A DNA stretch of 57,075 nucleotides from Basidiobolus meristosporus CBS 931.73. Lineage: Eukaryota > Fungi > Basidiobolomycota. Within the stretch, counting starts at the first letter, position 1. Each line of letters opens with the position of its first letter. Shown one piece after another: positions 52,813-57,075 of this stretch. Location of the stretch: positions 1-57,075 of the forward strand of contig MCFE01000568.1 in NCBI GenBank assembly GCA_002104905.1, written 5' to 3'. The notes below the pieces were generated by a model that was given only the letters and a program-made list of their open reading frames with translations, was not told the origin of the DNA and searched no databases. The translations under genes were made by a program, and so were the position numbers.

Positions 52813-54321
52813 TCAGGCAGAGGTTGTAGCTTCTTCAGAGGCAACATTGATAATGTGACCTGCAGAGTCCCAGAGCTCTTCAAATGGTGCATCACTTAAG
52901 TCAGCAAGGAGGGAAATGGCATGGTTCTTGAGGAAGTATGCCACATCATAGGAGGGGGCTTGTCTCTTGATGGCAGCAAAGAAAGACAGAATGGCAACAT
53001 GGGCTGGAGGCTTGTTGAACAGTAGAGAGTCAGAGGATTCAGATTCTTCAGGCACTATCTTGAAGTCAGTTTTCAGCCAGTTAAGGTTCTTCTCCACAAA
53101 GGCAACAAATGGGTCAGCAATGTTTTGGTCTAGGATAACCTCCAGAATCTTCCCTTTTCTCCAGGCCAGGTTGACAATTCTTGAGAGCTGAATATTGCAT
53201 GCCTTGAGTGCTTTCCTGATGTTGGAAATGGGAGTCCAGGGAACTTGCTTCAAGTACACCACAGTCCAGGTAGAAGCTGGTGGTAGGTTTGCTGGGGGCT
53301 TGTAAGTCCTTCTGTGTTGCAATGGAGCTGCAGTAGTCAGATTGGAGTCCACATTCTCAGTAGAAGGTTTTCTTGATGTGTCTTGCTGAATAGTACTGGA
53401 GCTGGATGTGCTGATAATTCTTGCCAGAACCTTGCCTGCATAAGTCTGAGGTATAGCTGAGGTGACTGTAGAGGTGTTGGCAGCTGGTGCAGGTGGAGAG
53501 GCAGAAACTGAAGCAGGAACTGAGGTCACCTGGGAGAAGGCAGTGGAAGCAGGTTTTCTGGGAGGAACAGAGTTCACTATCCAGTTGTTCTGTAAAACAC
53601 TGGAGTAGCTTTTCTGTGGAACAGGATCTTGCCCTTGAACAGGAACAGAAGCAGGAGGCTGGGGCTGAGCAGTAGTGGTAAGGCAGTGGCACTCCAAGGA
53701 AGCTTTTTGCAAGGCATCTCTGGCAGTTTTCAGGGCAGTATTGGCTTCATTCTTGAGCTTCTTGCATTGGGCATCCAGTCTCTTGTTTTCAATAGCCAGG
53801 GCAGTATTGGCAGCCTCTAAATCAGCAATTCTCTTCTCAACTGCAAGGAATCTCTGAAGAAATGCATCAGTAGAAGTGCTGGCATCTGGAAGAGCAGTGG
53901 CAGGAATAGAGTCCATGGACAGTGGGCTTCTTGGAGGCAAGGAAAGTGGACTGGCAGATTCAGGCACAAAAGGAGATATCCTGGCAGGAGGAGAAGGAGT
54001 ATCCAAGGCAGTAACAGAGGCAATTCTTGTTGGTGAAGCAGCAGCAGGGGAGGCAAGCCTGTTCAGAAACTGGGCAGGAGAGAGTGCTTGAGGAGAGGGA
54101 GTCTTCAGCTTGCCAAGCATGTCTTCCATCAGAGTGATACCAATATTCCTGGTGCATTTGCAGAGAAAAGTAAGCTTCCTGAGTCTGCCAGCTCTTCCAT
54201 TCCTTCTGATAGTTCCTTTGTTTCCACAGTTGGGGCAAGAAATCTTCTTGACAGACTTGTCAAAGCAATCAAGAACCTTCCTTTCAGGTGTAGTGGGCTC
54301 CTGTTGAGGTTTTGGTGGCAT
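52813..54321 (-). CDS. ORF1 (gag-like): Zn-ribbon, Pro/Ser-rich region, coiled coil, conserved C-terminal domain
   Basis: First ATG at 54321 (MPPKPQQ). CPNCG..IRRNG..FLCKC is followed by the coiled coil VEKRIADLEAANTAL and SYS/TYA motifs. The C-terminal WTVVYL..PISNIRKALK..LEVIL domain is shared with the two distal ORFs. Confidence 0.85.
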   Translation of the reverse strand: MPPKPQQEPTTPERKVLDCFDKSVKKISCPNCGNKGTIRRNGRAGRLRKLTFLCKCTRNIGITLMEDMLGKLKTPSPQALSPAQFLNRLASPAAASPTRIASVTALDTPSPPARISPFVPESASPLSLPPRSPLSMDSIPATALPDASTSTDAFLQRFLAVEKRIADLEAANTALAIENKRLDAQCKKLKNEANTALKTARDALQKASLECHCLTTTAQPQPPASVPVQGQDPVPQKSYSSVLQNNWIVNSVPPRKPASTAFSQVTSVPASVSASPPAPAANTSTVTSAIPQTYAGKVLARIISTSSSSTIQQDTSRKPSTENVDSNLTTAAPLQHRRTYKPPANLPPASTWTVVYLKQVPWTPISNIRKALKACNIQLSRIVNLAWRKGKILEVILDQNIADPFVAFVEKNLNWLKTDFKIVPEESESSDSLLFNKPPAHVAILSFFAAIKRQAPSYDVAYFLKNHAISLLADLSDAPFEELWDSAGHIINVASEEATTSA

Positions 54322-54390
54322 ATCCAGAGTTTCAGCTTCAAATTTCAATTTTTGAGATTTTTGGGTGATTTTTGATGGGCGGGATCAAAA

Positions 54391-54404
54391 TTAGGGTTAG
54401 GGTT
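54391..54404 (+). repeat. Interstitial telomeric tract TTAGGGTTAGGGTT
   Basis: Read directly; it lies 70 bp beyond the ORF1 ATG. Confidence 0.9.
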
Positions 54405-54446
54405 GTGCGCTGTGACTGCTTTTTACGATCGCAAGGTCAGAACCTA

Positions 54447-54613
54447 GGAAAAAATAAAAATAGTTAGTAAAGGTGATTTAATGGATGGATGGATGGATTT
54501 GGAGTCAGATTCAATCAAAAAATCAAATCGTTGACTAATTTAAAGAGGAAAAAGGAAAAAATAAAAATAGTTAGTAAAGGTGATTTAATGGATGGATGGA
54601 TGGATTCGGAGTC
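54447..54613 (+). repeat. 60-bp direct repeat, two copies (54447-54506, 54554-54613), one mismatch
   Basis: ggaaaaaataaaaatagttagtaaaggtgatttaatggatggatggatggatt(t/c)ggagtc occurs twice. Confidence 0.9.
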
Positions 54614-55539
54614 TTAGGGGAGGGAAAGTCACCAAGGTAGGTGAAATCTTTATTTGATTTTAGACAAGTCTAACTACAAATAAAGAAGCCAGCTGGGAAT
54701 AGAAGATTCCCAAAGTAAGCACTAAGTTGAATATGAATAAATCTAAGCTAAAGTTAAGGCAGTATCCCAGAGTACACTGGAGTTCAGGTTCATGGGGGAG
54801 TGAAGCAGATAAGCTTGAGAGATATAATAAGCTTTCAGGAAGTGGGTAACAGCAGGTGAAGGGGAGTTTTTGATAAGTGAAGTGAATCTTGAAAGCAGAG
54901 ATTCCTCTAATGAGAAGGTCTTGTAAACTGGAGAATCAGGAAACTCTTTAAAGGCATGGTCAGTAGGTTCCCAGTAAAACTGGTCAGAGACATTTTGAGA
55001 GAATTCTTTAGCAATACTTTTGTCAAGTACTACCTCCAAAGTGTGATGGTTGATAAATCTCATGTTAACAATCTTGGATAAATTGTAACCTTGTTGCTTG
55101 AGATACATCCTATGCTCAGATATAGGAATAAACTCCACATTGCCAAAGTAACAGACAGCCCAGTCAGTAGCAGGAGGCAAATCAGAAGTAGCAGGAAACT
55201 TTCTTTTAGTCTTGGGAGGAGCAGCAGGATGTCTTGAGGAAGCAGGAACAGGCTTTTTGACAGCTTCAGAGTAGGAAGAGTGAGCAGGAGCAGATGATTC
55301 TTGGGGAGTCTTGTTGATAGGAAGAGTTTGCACAGGGACAATAGATTCTTGCAGATCAGAAAAGGCAGAAAACAGCTTTTGAACTTGTTTCTTGAGTAAA
55401 GCATTTTCAGCTTCAACAAGTGCAAGCCTTTCCTCAAGGAAGGAAATCTGAAGGGAATGGAGGGAAGGCATAAGAAATAAGAAGAAGAGAGTAAGATGGG
55501 GTGGGTGGGTGGGAAAATTAGCAGGGAGAAGAGAAGGGA
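54614..55539 (-). mobile_element. Unit B: ORF1-only, non-autonomous relative of unit A
   Basis: Carries the shared 3' motif at 54614-54691, starting at ttagggg. The ORF is homologous to the C-terminal half of ORF1, and the 5' leader is homologous to that of unit C. Mobility is inferred. Confidence 0.72.
54743..55471 (-). CDS. 242-aa ORF1-like protein (coiled coil + conserved ORF1 C-terminal domain)
   Basis: LEERLALVEAENALLK, SYSEAVKK and LPPATDWAVCYF..PISEHRMYLK..KIVNMRF..TLEVVLD..FLK..LWDTA align with unit A ORF1 and unit C. Confidence 0.85.
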   Translation of the reverse strand: MPSLHSLQISFLEERLALVEAENALLKKQVQKLFSAFSDLQESIVPVQTLPINKTPQESSAPAHSSYSEAVKKPVPASSRHPAAPPKTKRKFPATSDLPPATDWAVCYFGNVEFIPISEHRMYLKQQGYNLSKIVNMRFINHHTLEVVLDKSIAKEFSQNVSDQFYWEPTDHAFKEFPDSPVYKTFSLEESLLSRFTSLIKNSPSPAVTHFLKAYYISQAYLLHSPMNLNSSVLWDTALTLA

Positions 55540-56484
55540 TTAGGGTTAGGGGGGGGGATGATCATCACCAAAGGGTGAAATCTTTATTTAAATAAAGAAG
55601 CCAAGTTTGAATATGAATATCTGAGATGCAGGAAGCCTACAAGATAAACTTGGACTTTGCTGTATCCCAAATATCCTCAATATCAAAGTCTAGAGGAGAG
55701 TGTAGCAAGACTGCTTGTTCACTGTAGTATTTCTTGAGGAAGTTTGTGACTTGAAGGGAAGGAGAATTTTTCAACAAGCTGGTAAATCTTTTGAGGAGTT
55801 CTTTTTCCAGAGAGAATGGCACAAAGAGTGGAATGTCCAAATGATGTCTGAATATATGCTCTGAGAGCTCCCAATCCAGCATATTTTTGACTTCTTCTGT
55901 AAAATCTTCAACAATATCTTTGTCAAGAATAACTTCCAAGAGATCCCTGGCAATGTACTGAATGTTAATAATCTTAGGCATATGAATACCTAGGTCCTTG
56001 AGGTAGTTTCTTTGTTCTGATATTGGGAGGTATCCTGCATTTCTGAAATAGCAAACAGCCCAGTTGGCAGTAGGAGGAGTATCAGGGCTGACAGGGAATC
56101 TTCTTCTGGCTTTAGAGTGCACTGGCTTAGGAGACTGTCTTGATGGAAGGGCAGCTGGTTTTGGATGAGCTTGAAGTGCTTGGGAGTAGGTCTGAGTACA
56201 AGTAGTAGAAGTTCCTGGTTGCTCAGAATTGTCAGATTGACTGGATGAAGAGCTGATTGAGGGGTTGCAAGGTAAGGAAGAAGCTGAAAGAGAAGTGGAG
56301 AGGGCTGGGTGAAGTTCAGAAAGAGTTTTGAAAAGAATTTGGATCTGAGATTTCAACATTGAGTTTTCAGCTTCAAGAAGAGAAACTCTTTGTTCAAGGT
56401 AAGAAGTCTGTAAAGAGTGAAAGTTGGGTAAAGACATGGAAGAAGTAGATAATAAGAAGAAAAGAGTAGTTGGGGTGGGAGGGT
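55540..56484 (-). mobile_element. Unit C: second ORF1-only relative
   Basis: Begins at TTAGGGTTAGGG(G)n 55540-55557, followed by the shared 3' motif. It has an intact ORF and a 5' leader that runs into the 103-bp repeat. Mobility is inferred. Confidence 0.72.
55637..56437 (-). CDS. 266-aa ORF1-like protein, paralog of unit B
   Basis: LEQRVSLLEAENSMLK, TYSQALQ and PPTANWAVCYF..PISEQRNYLK..KIINIQY..LLEVILD..FSLEKELLKRFTSLLKNSPS..IWDTA. Confidence 0.85.
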   Translation of the reverse strand: MSLPNFHSLQTSYLEQRVSLLEAENSMLKSQIQILFKTLSELHPALSTSLSASSLPCNPSISSSSSQSDNSEQPGTSTTCTQTYSQALQAHPKPAALPSRQSPKPVHSKARRRFPVSPDTPPTANWAVCYFRNAGYLPISEQRNYLKDLGIHMPKIINIQYIARDLLEVILDKDIVEDFTEEVKNMLDWELSEHIFRHHLDIPLFVPFSLEKELLKRFTSLLKNSPSLQVTNFLKKYYSEQAVLLHSPLDFDIEDIWDTAKSKFIL

Positions 56485-56923
56485 GGGAAAATAGGTAAGA
56501 AGAAAAGAGAGGAAAGATCTGAAATTGAAAATCTCAGAATTTATAGATGGATGGACAAGGGTAGAGGATTGATTAATCCAGGGTTAGGGAAAAATAGGTA
56601 AGAAGAAAAGAGAGGAAAGATCTGAAATTGAAAATCTCAGAATTTATAGATGGATGGACAAGGGTAGAGGATTGATTAATCCAGGGTTAGGGAAAAATAG
56701 GTAAGAAGAAAAGAGAGGAAAGATCTGAAATTGAAAATCTCAGAATTTATAGATGGATGGACAAGGGTAGAGGATTGATTAATCCAGGGTTAGGGAAAAA
56801 TAGGTAAGAAGAAAAGAGAGGAAAGATCTGAAATTGAAAATCTCAGAATTTATAGATGGATGGACAAGGGTAGAGGATTGATTAATCCAGGGTTAGGGAA
56901 AAATAGGTAAGAAGAAAAGAGAG
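56485..56923 (+). repeat. Subtelomeric 103-bp tandem repeat (4 full copies plus a partial copy); each unit boundary forms GGGTTAGGG
   Basis: gggttaggg recurs at 56581, 56684, 56787 and 56890, a period of 103. The copies appear identical except that the first is 1 nt shorter. Confidence 0.95.
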
Positions 56924-56954
56924 GGTGTAGGTGTTATAGTAAGGGCTAGGAAAA

Positions 56955-57075
56955 GGGTTAGGGTTAGGGTTAGGGTTAGGGTTAGGGTTAGGGTTAGGGT
57001 TAGGGTTAGGGTTAGGGTTAGGGTTAGGGTTAGGGTTAGGGTTAGGGTTAGGGTTAGGGTTAGGGTTAGGGTTAG
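56955..57075 (+). repeat. Telomere (TTAGGG)n, about 20 repeats, at the window end
   Basis: Perfect TTAGGG run from 56958 to the end, with the G-strand running 5'->3' toward the terminus. Confidence 0.99.

Larger units (their letters stand above)
49976..54390 (-). mobile_element. Telomere-proximal non-LTR (LINE-like) retrotransposon, unit A: ORF1 + APE endonuclease + RT
   Basis: Gag-like ORF1, APE motifs and non-LTR RT motifs lie in one orientation. The unit is bounded by a degenerate TAAGGGTTGGGGGG at the 3' end (49976) and TTAGGGTTAGGGTT at the 5' side (54391). No LTRs were seen. Confidence 0.9.

Noticed and set aside
45449-52815. Genome-wide UGA=Trp reassignment suggested by several in-frame TGAs
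   Set aside because: All five HK genes use TGA as a true terminator, and TGG is used normally for Trp.
56485-56923. Regular repeat array considered as CRISPR-like
   Set aside because: There are no unique spacers, the context is eukaryotic and there are no cas genes. It is a plain tandem repeat.

Overview
This window is the right-hand end of a fungal chromosome, ending in about 20 TTAGGG repeats. It has spliceosomal GT-AG introns with CTAAC-type branch points. An early-diverging fungus such as Basidiobolus is a plausible source, but that is inference only. There are three zones. (1) 1.6-9.4 kb holds housekeeping genes: NUFIP1/Rsa1-like, glucose-6-phosphate isomerase, Cdc37 and mitochondrial EF-Ts. 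(2) 10.4-45.0 kb holds five tandem ~7 kb copies of a dual hybrid histidine kinase (PAS-like/GAF-HisKA-HATPase-REC-PAS-HisKA-HATPase-REC). Catalytic blocks are near-identical between copies, while sensor and linker segments are divergent and patchwork. A small secreted Cys-rich gene and a DPP5-type S9 peptidase follow. (3) 49.5-57.1 kb is an almost CpG-free terminal domain holding a head-to-tail array of one APE-RT non-LTR retrotransposon and two intact ORF1-only relatives. All three point their 5' end at the telomere, share a 3' hairpin/AATAAA/C-rich terminus and abut short TTAGGG remnants. A 103-bp tandem repeat and the telomere follow. This array resembles Drosophila HeT-A/TART and is the most interesting signal. 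ORF1 and ORF2 of the full element are in one frame, separated by a UGA-CUA readthrough-type stop. Single-base frameshifts in the left ~12 kb look like consensus errors. All comparisons were done by eye and need computational confirmation.
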